NCBI GenBank assembly: GCA_041640635.1
Contig: JBEPZX010000005.1
Span: 1-64,000 of the forward strand
Reading direction: 5' to 3'
DNA: 64,000 nucleotides
Source: Aquificaceae bacterium
GTDB taxonomy: Bacteria; Aquificota; Aquificia; Aquificales; Aquificaceae
In this document: positions 22,280 through 34,808 of the stretch, piece after piece
Layout: every line of letters begins with the position of its first letter
Numbering within the stretch: position 1 is the stretch's first letter
Notes under the pieces: model-generated
Databases searched by the model: none
Told to the model about the DNA's origin: nothing
Seen by the model: only the letters and a program-made list of their open reading frames with translations
Program-made: the position numbers and the translations under genes

Positions 22280-25200
22280 TTATAACATATTTTTAAATAC
22301 CTTTGCCTTTTCTTCTTCTAACACATCAATTTGAGCGTACTCATTAATACCAGTACCAGCTGGAACTAAGTTTCCTATTATGACATTCTCCTTTATACCT
22401 CTAAGATCGTCTACTTTTCCTTCACATGAAACGTCAGTTAGCACCTTTGTAGTTTCTTGGAAAGATGCGGCGGATATCCAGCTTCTGGAAGATAGAGCGG
22501 CGTTTGATATACCAACCAATACGGGTTCTACCTTTGGAAGCTTTCCACCTTCTTCTTTTACTCTCTGAATTTCCTGCTCTAGTTCTTCCATGTCTACCTC
22601 GTCGTTGACCAAAAATCTTGTATCTCCCGGGTCCACTATTCTACGTCTACGAAGCATTTGTCTTATTATTATTTCAAAATGTTTATCGTTTATTTCGACA
22701 CCTTGGAGTCTATAAACCATCTGAACTTCTTTCAGCAAGAATTGTTGCAGTTCGTCCATTCCTTTTATTTTTAGTATTTCCTCTGGAACTGGTGTACCAG
22801 CAGTTAATGGATCACCAGCTTTTACAGTATCACCATTTTTGACAATTATATACTTACCCTTTGGAACAAAGTACTCTCTCTGAAGACCTGTTTCTTTGTT
22901 GTATACGATGATTTTGCTACCTTTACCTGTTATCCTTGCATATCCATCTATGTCGCTTGTAACGCTGTCCGTTATCTTTGTACCCTTTTGTATGTATTGA
23001 CCGTGGGATATTAGTATGTATTCGTCCCTTTTGATGTTGTACTTGCGCGTTTCTCCAGTTTTTGGATTGAATATTATGACTTCATCTGCATCTTCGTAGA
23101 TTCTTACTATACCATCTATTTCGCTAATTACGGCTGGATCTTTAGGTCTTCTTGCTTCAAATAGTTCTTCAACCCTTGGAAGACCTCCTACTATATCTCT
23201 AACCTTTGCCATTTCCTTTGGCATACGAGCCAGTACATCTCCTGGTTCTACTTTGTAATCCCTGACTATATAGTATTTGTGTTGTACCTCTGCACCTTCT
23301 GATTCACTACATGTAGGACATACATACCACTCCAACTTGACTTTATCTTCAGGCATCTCAATTATAGCGTTAACTGGTAAGTCATAAGGCATTTCTATGC
23401 CATCTTTTGTTACTACCACTATACGAGGCGTGTGTAACATAGCATCCTTTGGTCTGGTGAAGGATACTACCGTAGAGGTTTTACCTGTAAGTGTATCTTT
23501 TTCTTCTTTTACCGTTACATCGGCTATTATGTCTCTGTATTCTACAATACCGCCTTCTTCGGCAATTATGTAGGTATTGAAAGGATCCCATTCTGCTAAA
23601 GTTGTGTCCTCTTTAACATAGCTTCCTTCCTCCACTAAGAGGAATGCTCCATAAGGTACAGCGTGCCTTTCTATCATTCTCCTTTCTTGGTCAAGAATTC
23701 CTATTGCACCATCCTTGGATATGTTTATGATTTTGCCTTCTCTATTCCTTATGGTCTTTATATTGTAAAACTTTACATAACCTTCAGACTCATTTTGCAG
23801 CCCTCTTTGTACTCTTTCTGCTGTAGCGGCACCACCTATGTGGAATGTTCTCATGGTTAGCTGAGTACCAGGTTCTCCTATGGACTGAGCCGCTATTATA
23901 CCCACAGCTTCACCAACATCAACAGGTTTTCTTTGAGATAGATCCCATCCGTAACACATACTACATACACCAAACTTTGCTTCACATTTAAGCGGGGATC
24001 TCACTTTTACCTTTTCTATACCAGCTTTGACTATTTTGTCAGCGAGTTTTTCATCTATTATTGTATTTCTCTGAGCAACAATCTCTTTAGTGTATGGGTC
24101 TATGACATCTTCAGCTAAGGTTCTTCCTATAATTCTATCTCTTAGAGGGACTTTCTCTTCACCACCTACAACTATAGCGGTCATTTCTATCCCTTGCGTA
24201 GTACCACAATCCTTTTCCGTTATAGTTACATCTTGAGCTACATCAACGAGTCTTCTAGTTAAGTAACCTGCTACAGCTGTTTTTAGAGCTGTATCCGCAA
24301 GTCCTTTACGTGCACCGTAAGTGGATATGAAGTACTCTAAGACAGATAGCCCTTCTCTAAAGTTAGATATAATGGGAGTTTCTATAAACTCTCCCGAGTG
24401 TTTTGCCATAAGTCCTCTCATAGCAGCCAATTGTCTTATCTGATCTCTATTTCCACGTGCTCCTGAGTTAGCCATCATGTATATAGGGTTAAAAATTCCG
24501 CTGTAGACTTTTCCATTTTCTTCTCTCTTTGTATTTTCTATCTCATTAAACATCGCTTTTGATACCCTATCTGTTATTTCAGACCACAAGTCAATGATGC
24601 GATTGTACCTTTCTTTGGAGGTGAGTATACCTTTCATATATAAATCAGATATAACATCTGCTTCCTCAAAGGCTCTCTGAACTATGTCTTTTTTTACCTT
24701 TGGTATTTGAAGATCATATACACCAATGGATACAGCAGCTTTTGTAGCAGTATTAAAACCTAGCTCTTTTAAGTCATCTAAAAATTTAGCTGTAGTTTCT
24801 ATGCCGTAGACGTTATAAACGTTCGTAATGAGCTTTGATAGCTTCTTCTTGTCCATTGGTTCATTTACAAATGGATGTCCTTTAGGTAGTATGCCGTTAA
24901 ATAGAACTCTTCCTGGAGTAGTTTCTATCACTTTTCCGTCAATGTATAGTTTTATCTTTGCATGAATGTCAACTACCTTATTCTCAAGCGCAAGAAGTAC
25001 ATCTTCTTTACTATAAAAGACTTTCCCTTCTCCTTTTACATTTTCCAACTCTTGTGTTATGAAATAAACTCCAAGTATGATGTCTTGAGATGGCATGGTT
25101 ACAGGTTTACCATGCGCGGGAGATAGGATATTTTGCGTAGATAACATTAAAATATAGGCTTCCAACTGAGCCACTATGCTTAAAGGAACGTGAACAGCCA

Positions 25201-26977
25201 TCTGGTCACCGTCAAAGTCGGCATTGAAAGGTGGACATACCAATGGATGAAGTTGAATTGCTTTACCATCTACAAGCACAGGCTCAAAAGCTTGTATAGA
25301 AGGTCTGTGTAGCGTAGGAGCTCTGTTTAGCAGTACGGGGTGTTGCTTTACTACTTCTTCTAAACATTCCCATACTTCCTGGGTCTTTTGCTCCACCAAC
25401 TTTTTAGCATTTTTGATGGATGTGGCGTAACCTTTTTCTTCGAGTCGTCTGTATACAAAGGGTTTAAACAGTTCCAATGCCATTATACGTGGAAGCCCAC
25501 ACTGATGCATTTTGAGTTGCGGTCCAACCACTATTACTGATCTTCCAGAGTAGTCAACTCTTTTACCAAGTAAGTTTTGCCTAAATCTACCTTGTTTGCC
25601 CTTTAGGTGGTCTGCTAGAGATTTCAGCACTCTTCCATTCTGTGTTACGGCTTTACCGCGTTTGCCATTATCGATAAGAGCGCTCACCACTTCTTGAAGC
25701 ATTCTTTTTTCGTTCCTAACTATGATGTCGGGAGCATCGAGCTCTATTAATCTTTTTAATCTGTTGTTTCTGTTGATTATCCTTCTGTAAAGATCGTTTA
25801 GATCCGAAGCTGCAAACCTACCACCTTCCAACGCTACCAATGGTCTTAGCTCTGGTGGTAAAACGGGTAGAACTTCTAGTATCATATGCTCGGGCTTATT
25901 TTCACTCTTTATGAAGCTTTCCACAAGCTTTAGTATCCTTAGGAGTTTTTTAATTTTTTGTTCGGATACTTCCTTTAAGACGTTGGTTCTTATATCTTCT
26001 TTTATTTTCTCAAAGATAGGTAGGGATTTGTTTCTTTCCCTTAAGTTTTCATAGTAGGTTTTTATAGCGTCCCTTCCTGTTAGGCAGTCTTCTCCACAAT
26101 CGGTATCGTATACTTCACCTGTAACTACGTTAAGATAGAGCTCCTCGTTTAAAATGCTAAGTATAACTTGCTTAAGGGAGAGGTTTTCTGGATGCTTTAT
26201 TTGGACACCATAAAGCCTAAGATCTTCTGCTATTACCTCTACCATTTTATGGTATATTTTTTTGTAAGAAGATTCTAAGTGTTTGCCTAAATCCTCAAAC
26301 CCCAAGCTGTAGGGCTTTATCTCTCTTCTAAGTTTTTGTGCGTATGTTTCTAGGTCAAGTCTTGATAAAACTTTTTTGAGTATCTCTGCACCCATACCGC
26401 CTTCGTATTTATGCTCCAGATCTACAGCATACTCCTTTATATACTTCTCCTCATCCACTATATGGAGCTTAACAAACTTCGTCTTCCCTATTTCATCCTT
26501 GATGGGTATAGTCTCTTCTAGTTCTTCAAATTTTTTCTCTTCTTCTTCGTTCATAGGGTACTCGATGACCAAGTAAGATTCAAAGTATGCTACCTTTTCT
26601 GCATCCCTGGGGGAGATATTCAGTAAAGTGGCAATTTTAGAAGGGGAGCTCTTTAAGAACCATATATGTGCCACTGGAGCAGCTAATTCTATGTGTCCAA
26701 AGCGCTTTCTCCTAACGTAGGATTTTGTTACTTCTACCCCACATTTGTCACAAATTGTCCCCTCAAACCTCTTGCCCTTATACTTACCGCACAAGCACTC
26801 GTAGTCCTTTATAGGACCAAATATCTTTGCACAGAATAAACCGTCCTTTTCCGGCTTGTGTGTTCTGTAGTTTATAGTTTCTGGCTTTTTTACCTCTCCG
26901 TAACTCCAGCTTCTTATTTCCTCCGGAGAGGCAAGCATCAACTTTATTTTCTCAAAGGGAAGAAGTCCCTTTTTCAT
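22280..26977 (-). CDS. rpoC: RNA polymerase beta' subunit
   Basis: [45 protein letters not shown]. Confidence 0.98.
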   Translation of the reverse strand: MKKGLLPFEKIKLMLASPEEIRSWSYGEVKKPETINYRTHKPEKDGLFCAKIFGPIKDYECLCGKYKGKRFEGTICDKCGVEVTKSYVRRKRFGHIELAAPVAHIWFLKSSPSKIATLLNISPRDAEKVAYFESYLVIEYPMNEEEEKKFEELEETIPIKDEIGKTKFVKLHIVDEEKYIKEYAVDLEHKYEGGMGAEILKKVLSRLDLETYAQKLRREIKPYSLGFEDLGKHLESSYKKIYHKMVEVIAEDLRLYGVQIKHPENLSLKQVILSILNEELYLNVVTGEVYDTDCGEDCLTGRDAIKTYYENLRERNKSLPIFEKIKEDIRTNVLKEVSEQKIKKLLRILKLVESFIKSENKPEHMILEVLPVLPPELRPLVALEGGRFAASDLNDLYRRIINRNNRLKRLIELDAPDIIVRNEKRMLQEVVSALIDNGKRGKAVTQNGRVLKSLADHLKGKQGRFRQNLLGKRVDYSGRSVIVVGPQLKMHQCGLPRIMALELFKPFVYRRLEEKGYATSIKNAKKLVEQKTQEVWECLEEVVKQHPVLLNRAPTLHRPSIQAFEPVLVDGKAIQLHPLVCPPFNADFDGDQMAVHVPLSIVAQLEAYILMLSTQNILSPAHGKPVTMPSQDIILGVYFITQELENVKGEGKVFYSKEDVLLALENKVVDIHAKIKLYIDGKVIETTPGRVLFNGILPKGHPFVNEPMDKKKLSKLITNVYNVYGIETTAKFLDDLKELGFNTATKAAVSIGVYDLQIPKVKKDIVQRAFEEADVISDLYMKGILTSKERYNRIIDLWSEITDRVSKAMFNEIENTKREENGKVYSGIFNPIYMMANSGARGNRDQIRQLAAMRGLMAKHSGEFIETPIISNFREGLSVLEYFISTYGARKGLADTALKTAVAGYLTRRLVDVAQDVTITEKDCGTTQGIEMTAIVVGGEEKVPLRDRIIGRTLAEDVIDPYTKEIVAQRNTIIDEKLADKIVKAGIEKVKVRSPLKCEAKFGVCSMCYGWDLSQRKPVDVGEAVGIIAAQSIGEPGTQLTMRTFHIGGAATAERVQRGLQNESEGYVKFYNIKTIRNREGKIINISKDGAIGILDQERRMIERHAVPYGAFLLVEEGSYVKEDTTLAEWDPFNTYIIAEEGGIVEYRDIIADVTVKEEKDTLTGKTSTVVSFTRPKDAMLHTPRIVVVTKDGIEMPYDLPVNAIIEMPEDKVKLEWYVCPTCSESEGAEVQHKYYIVRDYKVEPGDVLARMPKEMAKVRDIVGGLPRVEELFEARRPKDPAVISEIDGIVRIYEDADEVIIFNPKTGETRKYNIKRDEYILISHGQYIQKGTKITDSVTSDIDGYARITGKGSKIIVYNKETGLQREYFVPKGKYIIVKNGDTVKAGDPLTAGTPVPEEILKIKGMDELQQFLLKEVQMVYRLQGVEINDKHFEIIIRQMLRRRRIVDPGDTRFLVNDEVDMEELEQEIQRVKEEGGKLPKVEPVLVGISNAALSSRSWISAASFQETTKVLTDVSCEGKVDDLRGIKENVIIGNLVPAGTGINEYAQIDVLEEEKAKVFKNML

Positions 26978-29900
26978 TTTTCTTCCTCCTCAACTTCAAT
27001 TTCATCACATGGCTTAGCTTCGCCATTTTCACACTTAACATTTAAACCAAGTGCCTTGAGCTCCCTTACTAATACCTTGAAGGATTCTGGTATACCTGAT
27101 AGATAGGTGTACTTACCTTTTACAATGGCTTCGTAAGCTTTGGTTCTACCTTCTATATCGTCAGACTTAACTGTAAGCATTTCCTGTAGTGTATACGCTG
27201 CACCGTGAGCTTCTAAAGCCCAAGCTTCCATTTCTCCTAGTCTTTGACCACCAAATTGAGCCCTACCACCAAGAGGCTGTTGTGTAACCAATGAGTAAGG
27301 TCCTGTGCTTCTTGCATGAACTTTGTCATCAACCATATGGATAAGCTTGAGCATATGCATATAACCAACAGTTACTTTCATTTCGAATGGTTCACCCGTC
27401 ATACCATCGTACAAAACAGTTTTACCGTCCTCAGGGAGTCCAGCAATTTTAAGAAATGCCTTAACATCATCCTCAGTAGCACCTTCAAAAACAGGTGTTC
27501 TTATAGGTATTCCTTTTTCTCCGTAATACTCTATCAAAGATTTGAATTCCTCATCACTTAAGCTAGAGAGGTAGTTTTGTAGTTTCTGAGAATCATCAAA
27601 TCCTATAGAGTATATTTCCTTTAAAAATTCCTCTATTTCTTTCCTCTCTTTACCCATTCTCAAGAGCTCACTCAACTTTTTACCAAGTTCTTTACATGCC
27701 CATCCTAGGTGAGTTTCTAATATTTGTCCTACGTTCATACGAGATGGAACACCTAATGGATTAAGTACTATATCAACCGGTGTGCCATCCGCCAAGAAAG
27801 GCATGTCTTCCAGTGGAAGAACAATAGATATTACACCTTTGTTTCCGTGCCTACCAGCCATCTTATCGCCGACCTTTATCTTCCTTTTTTGAGCTATGTA
27901 GACTTTCACTAGAGTAGTAACACCGGAAGGTAAGTCACTCTTTTTACCTATGGCACTCTCCTTTTCTTTGTAAAGCTTTTCCAACATGTTTACCTGAGAT
28001 CTTGTCTTTTCCCTTATCTCGTTAATAGCATCGCACAAATTAGGATCTTCAAAGAGATTTTCGGGTTTTGTTATTATGTAATTGAGGAAAACGTCAAGAT
28101 TCTCTTCTGTTATGATAGTACCAGCTTTGTAAAGCTTTTTCTTTATAGTTATGTCTTTATCTATAGCTTTGCCTAAAACAATAGACTTAACTACGGCATT
28201 TCTTCCATCCACTATGAGTCTTTTCTTTTTCTCAAGTTCATTTAGAAGTTTTTCTTTCTCTTCCCTTTCTATAGCTTCTGCTAGATAATTGCGTCTTTCA
28301 CCCAAACGTCTTGCAAACACTTGCACATCTACTACTACACCCTCTATACCTGGTGGGCACCTGAGGGATGTATCTTTAACATCTCTTGATTTATCTCCAA
28401 ATATGGCTTGCAAAAGCTTTTCTTCTGGTGTTAACTGCTGTTCTCCTTTTGGTGTTACCTTACCTACCAAGATATCACCAGGCTTTACATACGTTCCTAT
28501 TTTGACTATACCAAACTCATCTAAGTGACTTAAAAACTTATCAGGTATACCCGGGATGGACCTAGTTATTTCTTCAAATCCTAGCTTTGTTTCTCTTGCT
28601 TCAACACTTAGCTCCTCTATATGGATAGAAGTAAAAACGTCTTCTTTTACTAGCCTTTCTGAAATAACGATTGCGTCTTCAAAATTGTAACCTCTCCATG
28701 GCATAAAGGCAACTAAGACATCTCTTCCTAGTGCTAATTCACCTCTTTCTGTAGATTGACCATCAGCTATAACCTCTCCAGCTTTGACCTTTTGACCTTT
28801 AAAGACAAGGGGTCTTTCATTTATGCATGTGTTTTGGTTTGTTCTTTCGAACTTCCTGAGTTCATAAACATCTATTCCTATATCCATAGGATCAGAGAGA
28901 TTTATTTCTTCAGGATTAACTCTGACTATTATGTGCTTACCATCAACCTCTTCTACTACACCGCCTCTTTTTGCTAAGATTACAGAACCACTGTCTTGAG
29001 CCACCTTTAATTCCATACCCGTTCCAATCAGCGAAGATTTGGGGAATATAAGAGGTACAGCTTGCCTTTGCATATTAGAACCCATCAATGCCCTGTTTGC
29101 ATCGTCATGTTCTAAGAAAGGAATTAAAGATGCCGAAACTGATACAACTTGCTTTGGTGATATATCTATATAGTTCACTTGTTCTGGCTTTACTACAACG
29201 ATATCCCCTTTGTAACGAGCCATTAACCTCTGTGATTTGAATTTACCATCTTGGTCCGCCGGTGTGTACTGAGCTATGACATAGTTTTCCTCTTCGTATG
29301 CTGCTAAGTATTCTATCTTATCCGTAACTCTTCCATTTTCTACCTTTTTGTAAGGAGTTATTATGAAACCATATTCGTTTAGCTGTGCATAAGTTGTAAG
29401 AGATGTTACCAAACCTATGTTTTGACCTTCAGGTGTTTCTATTGGACATATTCTTCCATAATGCGATGGATGAACGTCTCTTATTTCGAATTTGGCACTT
29501 TCTCTCGTCAATCCGCCAGGGCCTAAGGCAGAAAGTCTTCTCTTATGTGTAAGAGCGGAAAGTGGGTTCGTGTTATCCAAGTATTGAGAAAGCTGTCCAC
29601 CTTTGAGAAATTCATATATGGTAGATGTTAGGTATCTAGGATTTAGCAAATCTTGAGGTTTTAGGTTTGGATCTTCTGGGTTTACAACAGTACACCTATC
29701 TCTAAAGAACTTTTCCATACGGGCTATACCAATACGTGCCTGATTCTCTAAAAGTTCTCCTACGGCTCTTACTCTTCTGTTACCAAGGTAAGCTATATCG
29801 TCTTTTTTTACCTTTCCATACCTTAAGTCTATTAGGTATTTAACCGCGTTAACTATATCTATAGGCATTAAAAAACGTGCATTAGAGTCTACATAGTCTT

Positions 29901-31371
29901 TTACCTTCACTTCATCTTTCACTTTGAGTATTTCCTCTGCTAATTCCTTTGTTACAAGTGTACCTTCTTTATAATCACCTACCTTTTCAGCAAGCGCCAA
30001 AGGAGGCATACTATCCAGAAGTTCTAAATCAAGAGGTTTGAGAACCTTAGGCAAGTTATGAAGTTTAGCATTTATCTTAATTCTACCAACACGGGATAGA
30101 TCATATCTAGTAATGTCCTTAAAATACATTTCGAAGTGAAGTCTAGCACGCTGAACCAGGTTTTCAAGTTCCATCACCATAGGTTCAACAGGTCTCTGCT
30201 TTTTGTATATGTCAACGAGAGCTATATCTTTCAGGGAAAACCTAGAAGGAATTTTCATAGGGCTTCTGCGATCTGTGTCCTTCGGTGAAGTTTCAGATAT
30301 CAAGGTGTCAAGCATTATTCTTCCATAGCTGCTTTTAACAGCGCTTTCCTTAGGAACAGCTGTGATACTTTCTACTTTTACTCTGTCATCCTTTAGAAGT
30401 CTTTCAAGCTGGTCAACATCCTCTATATACCTTTCTTCTATGAATTCTTCTTCTCTATCGGTACCTTCTACTATAGCTCTATACTTAAATATAGCAAACA
30501 GATGGTAATTATTTAGATCACCTAGAGCAAGTTCTTCACCCGTATCTGAGTCGAATAAGTAAGTTCCTCTGTTAAAAAGACGTCTAGTTCCAGCATAAAA
30601 GTGTCTTAGTATATCGTAAGCTGTCTCTAAGCCGTAAGCCCTAAATATAAAAGAGCCGTTTATCTTGTTTTTGTCAACCCTTGCACTTAATATATCGCTT
30701 GCACTTGAAATTTCAAACTCTATACGTGGGCCTTTGTCAGGAATTACACTGGACCTGTAAACAATTCTAACGATTGTGCTGTCCTTTTGCTTTTCGCTCT
30801 TTTCTTCAAAGAATATTCCAGGAGATCTTATGAGCTGGCTAACAATAATACGCTCACTACCATTTATAACAAAGGATCCATTATCTGTTATCATGGGTAT
30901 GTCGCCAAAGTATACTTTCTTTGGCTCACTTACTTTCTCCCCTTTCTTTGTTTTAACCCTTAGTCTTACCAAAACTCTTATTGGAGCTGAATAAGTAAAT
31001 CCTTTAATTTTGCATTCATCTACTGTAAACTTTTCTTTGTAGACTAATTTTGTGGAGCATTTGGGACAATCTACACCGTATCCACCCAAAAAAGACTGGT
31101 CTGTATGTGCTTTATATCCACACTTATTACACTCCCACTCACCAATTTCGTAGCCTAGATACTCAACACCTATTTTTTCATCTGAATCTTTAAAGGGAAA
31201 AGAAGACCTAAATATGTATTCCAACCCTTTCTCTTCTCTCTCATATGGACTTTTATAAAACTGGACAAAGCTTTCAAAAGAGTCCTTAGGCAGGAATAAT
31301 AAATAGGGCGGTGATATAATATCTTTGTCCTTTCCAAAGGACTTTCTTAAAACGGGGATATTTTTTCTCAT
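26974..31371 (-). CDS. rpoB: RNA polymerase beta subunit
   Basis: [37 protein letters not shown]. Confidence 0.98.
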   Translation of the reverse strand: MRKNIPVLRKSFGKDKDIISPPYLLFLPKDSFESFVQFYKSPYEREEKGLEYIFRSSFPFKDSDEKIGVEYLGYEIGEWECNKCGYKAHTDQSFLGGYGVDCPKCSTKLVYKEKFTVDECKIKGFTYSAPIRVLVRLRVKTKKGEKVSEPKKVYFGDIPMITDNGSFVINGSERIIVSQLIRSPGIFFEEKSEKQKDSTIVRIVYRSSVIPDKGPRIEFEISSASDILSARVDKNKINGSFIFRAYGLETAYDILRHFYAGTRRLFNRGTYLFDSDTGEELALGDLNNYHLFAIFKYRAIVEGTDREEEFIEERYIEDVDQLERLLKDDRVKVESITAVPKESAVKSSYGRIMLDTLISETSPKDTDRRSPMKIPSRFSLKDIALVDIYKKQRPVEPMVMELENLVQRARLHFEMYFKDITRYDLSRVGRIKINAKLHNLPKVLKPLDLELLDSMPPLALAEKVGDYKEGTLVTKELAEEILKVKDEVKVKDYVDSNARFLMPIDIVNAVKYLIDLRYGKVKKDDIAYLGNRRVRAVGELLENQARIGIARMEKFFRDRCTVVNPEDPNLKPQDLLNPRYLTSTIYEFLKGGQLSQYLDNTNPLSALTHKRRLSALGPGGLTRESAKFEIRDVHPSHYGRICPIETPEGQNIGLVTSLTTYAQLNEYGFIITPYKKVENGRVTDKIEYLAAYEEENYVIAQYTPADQDGKFKSQRLMARYKGDIVVVKPEQVNYIDISPKQVVSVSASLIPFLEHDDANRALMGSNMQRQAVPLIFPKSSLIGTGMELKVAQDSGSVILAKRGGVVEEVDGKHIIVRVNPEEINLSDPMDIGIDVYELRKFERTNQNTCINERPLVFKGQKVKAGEVIADGQSTERGELALGRDVLVAFMPWRGYNFEDAIVISERLVKEDVFTSIHIEELSVEARETKLGFEEITRSIPGIPDKFLSHLDEFGIVKIGTYVKPGDILVGKVTPKGEQQLTPEEKLLQAIFGDKSRDVKDTSLRCPPGIEGVVVDVQVFARRLGERRNYLAEAIEREEKEKLLNELEKKKRLIVDGRNAVVKSIVLGKAIDKDITIKKKLYKAGTIITEENLDVFLNYIITKPENLFEDPNLCDAINEIREKTRSQVNMLEKLYKEKESAIGKKSDLPSGVTTLVKVYIAQKRKIKVGDKMAGRHGNKGVISIVLPLEDMPFLADGTPVDIVLNPLGVPSRMNVGQILETHLGWACKELGKKLSELLRMGKERKEIEEFLKEIYSIGFDDSQKLQNYLSSLSDEEFKSLIEYYGEKGIPIRTPVFEGATEDDVKAFLKIAGLPEDGKTVLYDGMTGEPFEMKVTVGYMHMLKLIHMVDDKVHARSTGPYSLVTQQPLGGRAQFGGQRLGEMEAWALEAHGAAYTLQEMLTVKSDDIEGRTKAYEAIVKGKYTYLSGIPESFKVLVRELKALGLNVKCENGEAKPCDEIEVEEEEK

Positions 31372-31404
31372 CTTTTAACCCTCTGCAAAGGTGTAAACTT
31401 ATAA

Positions 31405-31433
31405 ATTATATTTAAGTATGTATGAAATGTCAA
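31405..31433 (-). promoter_or_regulatory. Perfect sigma70 consensus promoter for rpoBC
   Basis: Minus strand TTGACA (31428-31433), 17 nt spacer, TATAAT (31405-31410); GAGG SD before the rpoB ATG. Confidence 0.85.
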
Positions 31434-31469
31434 TAAAAAACAAAAAACCTCCTGTTTTTTACAGGAGGC
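31434..31469 (-). terminator. Rho-independent terminator after rplL
   Basis: Minus strand CCTCCTGT-aaaaa-ACAGGAGG followed by TTTTTTGTTTTTT. Confidence 0.85.
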
Positions 31470-31503
31470 TTGCATAGAAAGATCCTTCATAACAGGATCT
31501 GGT

Positions 31504-31893
31504 TTACTTTACCTCTACTTCTGCACCTGCTTCTTCAAGTTTTTTCTTTATTTGTTCAGCTTCTTCCTTCGATACTCCTTCTTTTATAGGTTTTGGAGCA
31601 CCTTCAACTAGATCCTTAGCTTCTTTTAGACCTAGACCAGTAATTTCCCTTACTACTTTGATAACGTTTATCTTGTTAGCCCCAGCAGATTTGAGAATTA
31701 CGTCAAATTCAGTCTTTTCCTCCGCAGGTGCGGCTGTAGGTGCTCCTGCTGCAGCAACAGCTGCTGGAGCTGCTACCATAGCGGTTGCAGAAACTCCAAA
31801 TTTTTCCTCAAGCTTTTTTACAAGCTCTGCAACTTCAAGAAGCGTCATGTTGCCTATAGCTTCTACAATTTCATCAATAGTAAGTGCTGCCAT
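31504..31893 (-). CDS. rplL: 50S ribosomal protein L7/L12
   Basis: [30 protein letters not shown]. Confidence 0.98.
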   Translation of the reverse strand: MAALTIDEIVEAIGNMTLLEVAELVKKLEEKFGVSATAMVAAPAAVAAAGAPTAAPAEEKTEFDVILKSAGANKINVIKVVREITGLGLKEAKDLVEGAPKPIKEGVSKEEAEQIKKKLEEAGAEVEVK

Positions 31894-31906
31894 ATTTATA
31901 CCTCCT

Positions 31907-32443
31907 TTAAGATTTCTTTTCTTCTATAGCTTTTAATGTAAGCACCAATTTTTGTGGTGCGTTCTTGAGTGCAAGTATAAAGTTAACAATAGGTGCTTGT
32001 ATAACACCCATGAGCTTGGATATAAGCACCTCTTTAGGTGGAAGTTCAGCTAACGCTTGTACTTCCGCAGGTCTCAAAAATCTTCCTTGCATATATGCAC
32101 CTTTTATTTTCTCCAAAGGCTTGTCTTTATTTAGCTCTTTCCCAAATTCGTATATTATCTTCGCTACTGCTACAGGATCACCATAAGCAAAAACAAGAGC
32201 GGTAGGACCGACCAAAACATCTCTATGATCTGCCATAGGTGTGTTCATAAAAGCTCTATAAAATAGAGTGTTTTTACCTATTAGCATTTCTCCACTCGAG
32301 TCTTTTATCTTCTCGCGAACACTAGTTAAGGTCTGTGCATCTACATAAGTAAAGTCCATAAATACAATTAAGGATGATTTTTGTATTCTATCGGTATAAC
32401 CCTTGATAAGCTCAGCTTTTTGAGCCCAACTTCTCTTTTCCAT
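31907..32443 (-). CDS. rplJ: 50S ribosomal protein L10
   Basis: [19 protein letters not shown]; position between rplA and rplL. Confidence 0.95.
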   Translation of the reverse strand: MEKRSWAQKAELIKGYTDRIQKSSLIVFMDFTYVDAQTLTSVREKIKDSSGEMLIGKNTLFYRAFMNTPMADHRDVLVGPTALVFAYGDPVAVAKIIYEFGKELNKDKPLEKIKGAYMQGRFLRPAEVQALAELPPKEVLISKLMGVIQAPIVNFILALKNAPQKLVLTLKAIEEKKS

Positions 32444-32453
32444 GTTATCCTCC

Positions 32454-33179
32454 TTACGCCGCTAATTCCTGAAGTTTTTTAAGTGTAGAAGGCACATCTA
32501 CCTTTACACCAGGTGTCATAGTAGCGGATACAGTTATGTTTTTTACATACTGACCCTTAGCTCCTGATGGCTTAGCTTTAACTATGGCATCTACAGCTGC
32601 ATAAATATTTTCAATTAATTTTTGATTATCAAAGGAAATTTTACCTACCGGCATGTGCACATTACCAGTCTTATCAACTCTAAATTCAACTCTACCTTTT
32701 TTGGCTTCTTCTACAGCTTGTCTTATGTTTGTAGTAACAGTCCCAGTCTTTGGATTGGGCATTAAACCTCTTGGTCCTAAGATTTTGCCAAGCTTTGCTA
32801 CCTTAGGCATCATATCGGGTGTAGCTATAACTACATCGTAATCAACCCATTCTTCTTTTTGTATTTTGTTTATAAGGTCCTCACCACCTACGTAGTCTGC
32901 ACCTGCTTCTTGTGCAACCTTTTGGAATTCACCTTCGGCCAAAACTAATACCTTAATAGGTCTTCCTAATCCATGGGGTAAAATCACAGAACCTCTCACC
33001 ATCTGGTCTGCATACTTAGGATCTACACCTAGTCTAAAGGCTACTTCGACTGTTTGGTCAAACTTCACTTCCATAACCTGGTGCAGACGTTTTAGAATAT
33101 CCACAGCTTCTTCTAAAGAGTAAGGATTATTTTTCTCGTACACTTCTAAAGCTCTTAAATACTTCTTTCCTCTTTCCAT
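32454..33179 (-). CDS. rplA: 50S ribosomal protein L1
   Basis: [35 protein letters not shown]. Confidence 0.97.
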   Translation of the reverse strand: MERGKKYLRALEVYEKNNPYSLEEAVDILKRLHQVMEVKFDQTVEVAFRLGVDPKYADQMVRGSVILPHGLGRPIKVLVLAEGEFQKVAQEAGADYVGGEDLINKIQKEEWVDYDVVIATPDMMPKVAKLGKILGPRGLMPNPKTGTVTTNIRQAVEEAKKGRVEFRVDKTGNVHMPVGKISFDNQKLIENIYAAVDAIVKAKPSGAKGQYVKNITVSATMTPGVKVDVPSTLKKLQELAA

Positions 33180-33183
33180 GATC

Positions 33184-33621
33184 TCACTCCTTATATCCTT
33201 CTACTTCTATACCCATACTCTTGGCAGTTCCTACTATTTGCCTTACTATCATATTTATGTCCTTGGTATTCATATCCTTCATCTTGATCTTTGCAATTTC
33301 TTGAACCTGGTTAATTGTTACTTTTCCTACTTTATTACGCTTAGGGTCTCCAGATCCTTTTTGAACTTTTGCAGCTTTTTTGAGCAAGTAGGAAACTGGG
33401 GGAGTTTTCATTATAAATGAGAAGCTTCTATCTTGATAAATTGTTATAACTACTGGTACAACTGTACCAGGTTCAAAATCCTTGCTTGCAGCATTGAACT
33501 GTTTTACAAATTCCATTATATTTACACCATGTTGACCAAGAGCAGGACCCACTGGTGGTGCAGGGGTAGCCTGCTGAGCAGGCAACATAAGCTCAACCTT
33601 TGCACTAACTTTCTTTGCCAT
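33184..33621 (-). CDS. rplK: 50S ribosomal protein L11
   Basis: [21 protein letters not shown]. Confidence 0.98.
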   Translation of the reverse strand: MAKKVSAKVELMLPAQQATPAPPVGPALGQHGVNIMEFVKQFNAASKDFEPGTVVPVVITIYQDRSFSFIMKTPPVSYLLKKAAKVQKGSGDPKRNKVGKVTINQVQEIAKIKMKDMNTKDINMIVRQIVGTAKSMGIEVEGYKE

Positions 33622-33631
33622 ACTTTTCCTC

Positions 33632-34360
33632 CTACAACTTCTCTACCTGTGCAAAATCCAATTCCACAGGCGTTAATCTTCCAAATATGCTTATAAGGAC
33701 TATCACCTTTTCCCTTTCTGGATGTACTTCTTCTACAGTTCCTGTAAAGTTCATAAACGGTCCTTCTATAACTCTAACTTGTTCTCCTTTTTCAAAGAGT
33801 GCCTTTACTGGTTTGACTCCTTTTTTGACTAAGGAAAGAATTCTCTCTATCTCCTTCTCATCTATAGGCGCAATTCTTCCACCTACGAGTACTGGCTTAT
33901 ATATGTGAGGTGTTTTTTCTATAGCCCTAAGCAATCTATCATTCATATTTGCTTTTATAAGAAGGTATCCAGGAAACATTTTGGAATCTAATACTATCTT
34001 CACCTCGACCTTATTTTCATTACACACTATCTTTTGTCCAGGTTTAGATATGGGCGGTGCTTCTATACAGTTGTCTCCTTCAGGACTTTCAACAATCTTA
34101 GCTTCTCCATTTTCTATTCTTACTGTGGTCACACCTTTTTTGCCAAGGACACTAATATCCCTATTATTAGTCTTGAGAGAAAGCCTGTACTTTTCTTTAC
34201 CTTGAGCTCTGATAACTACTTTCTCTTCAGCCGGTACAACAACTTCCTCAACCAAGTCTTGAAGACCTTCTGTATTTATAACCATCAGCAAGTTTTCCCT
34301 TGCTGTGGCTTCTTTCCCTGCCTCAACTTGGAGTGCATACCATTTAAACTCGTTCATCAA
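33632..34360 (-). CDS. nusG: Transcription termination/antitermination factor NusG with inserted domain
   Basis: [15 protein letters not shown]-terminal [23 protein letters not shown]; ~70-aa insertion in the NGN domain. Confidence 0.96.
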   Translation of the reverse strand: MMNEFKWYALQVEAGKEATARENLLMVINTEGLQDLVEEVVVPAEEKVVIRAQGKEKYRLSLKTNNRDISVLGKKGVTTVRIENGEAKIVESPEGDNCIEAPPISKPGQKIVCNENKVEVKIVLDSKMFPGYLLIKANMNDRLLRAIEKTPHIYKPVLVGGRIAPIDEKEIERILSLVKKGVKPVKALFEKGEQVRVIEGPFMNFTGTVEEVHPEREKVIVLISIFGRLTPVELDFAQVEKL

Positions 34361-34551
34361 CTACCTCTCAAAGACAAAAGAAAGTGTATTATCCTAGTAA
34401 AAGCCAAATCAACAACCCATAAATAAATTCCAAAAAATAAAGAAAATATTATAACACTTATACTGGCTTTTTGCACTAATTTTTTATTTGGCCAAGAAAC
34501 CTTATTTATTTCCTGCTTCAAATCTTTTAAAAAGTACCTAATTTTATCCAT
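34357..34551 (-). CDS. secE: Preprotein translocase subunit SecE
   Basis: EINKVSWP motif and a single TM helix. Start set at ATG 34551, which has GGAG upstream; the longer ORF overlaps tRNA-Trp. Confidence 0.9.
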   Translation of the reverse strand: MDKIRYFLKDLKQEINKVSWPNKKLVQKASISVIIFSLFFGIYLWVVDLAFTRIIHFLLSLRGS

Positions 34552-34564
34552 GTTTTTCTCCATA

Positions 34565-34637
34565 CGGGGCACGGAGGACTCGAACCCCCAACCGCGGGAT
34601 TTGGAGTCCCGCGCTCTGCCAATTGAGCTAGTGCCCC
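34565..34637 (-). tRNA. tRNA-Trp(CCA), CCA end not encoded
   Basis: GGGGCAC acceptor, CGGGA-CTCCAAA-TCCCG anticodon arm, G73; canonical rpmG-trp-secE position. Confidence 0.95.
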
Positions 34638-34638
34638 T

Positions 34639-34797
34639 TTACTTAACTTCCCTGTGAACAGTGTGTTTTTTACACCACTTACAGTATTTTTTCATCTCTA
34701 CCCTTTGTGGGTGTTTTTGCTTATTCTTTGTGGTCGTATAGTTTCTTCTCTTACACTCCGTACATGCCAAAGTTATTATTTCCCTAGCTGCAGCCAT
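34639..34797 (-). CDS. rpmG: 50S ribosomal protein L33 (Zn-binding C+ form, 52 aa), missing from ORF track
   Basis: Manual translation [52 protein letters not shown]. Confidence 0.96.
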   Translation of the reverse strand: MAAAREIITLACTECKRRNYTTTKNKQKHPQRVEMKKYCKWCKKHTVHREVK

Positions 34798-34808
34798 TTC
34801 TTCACACC

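Noticed and set aside
34552..34572. Longer SecE N-terminus (MPRMEKN) in the ORF track
   Set aside because: It overlaps tRNA-Trp; ATG 34551 has a suitably placed GGAG.
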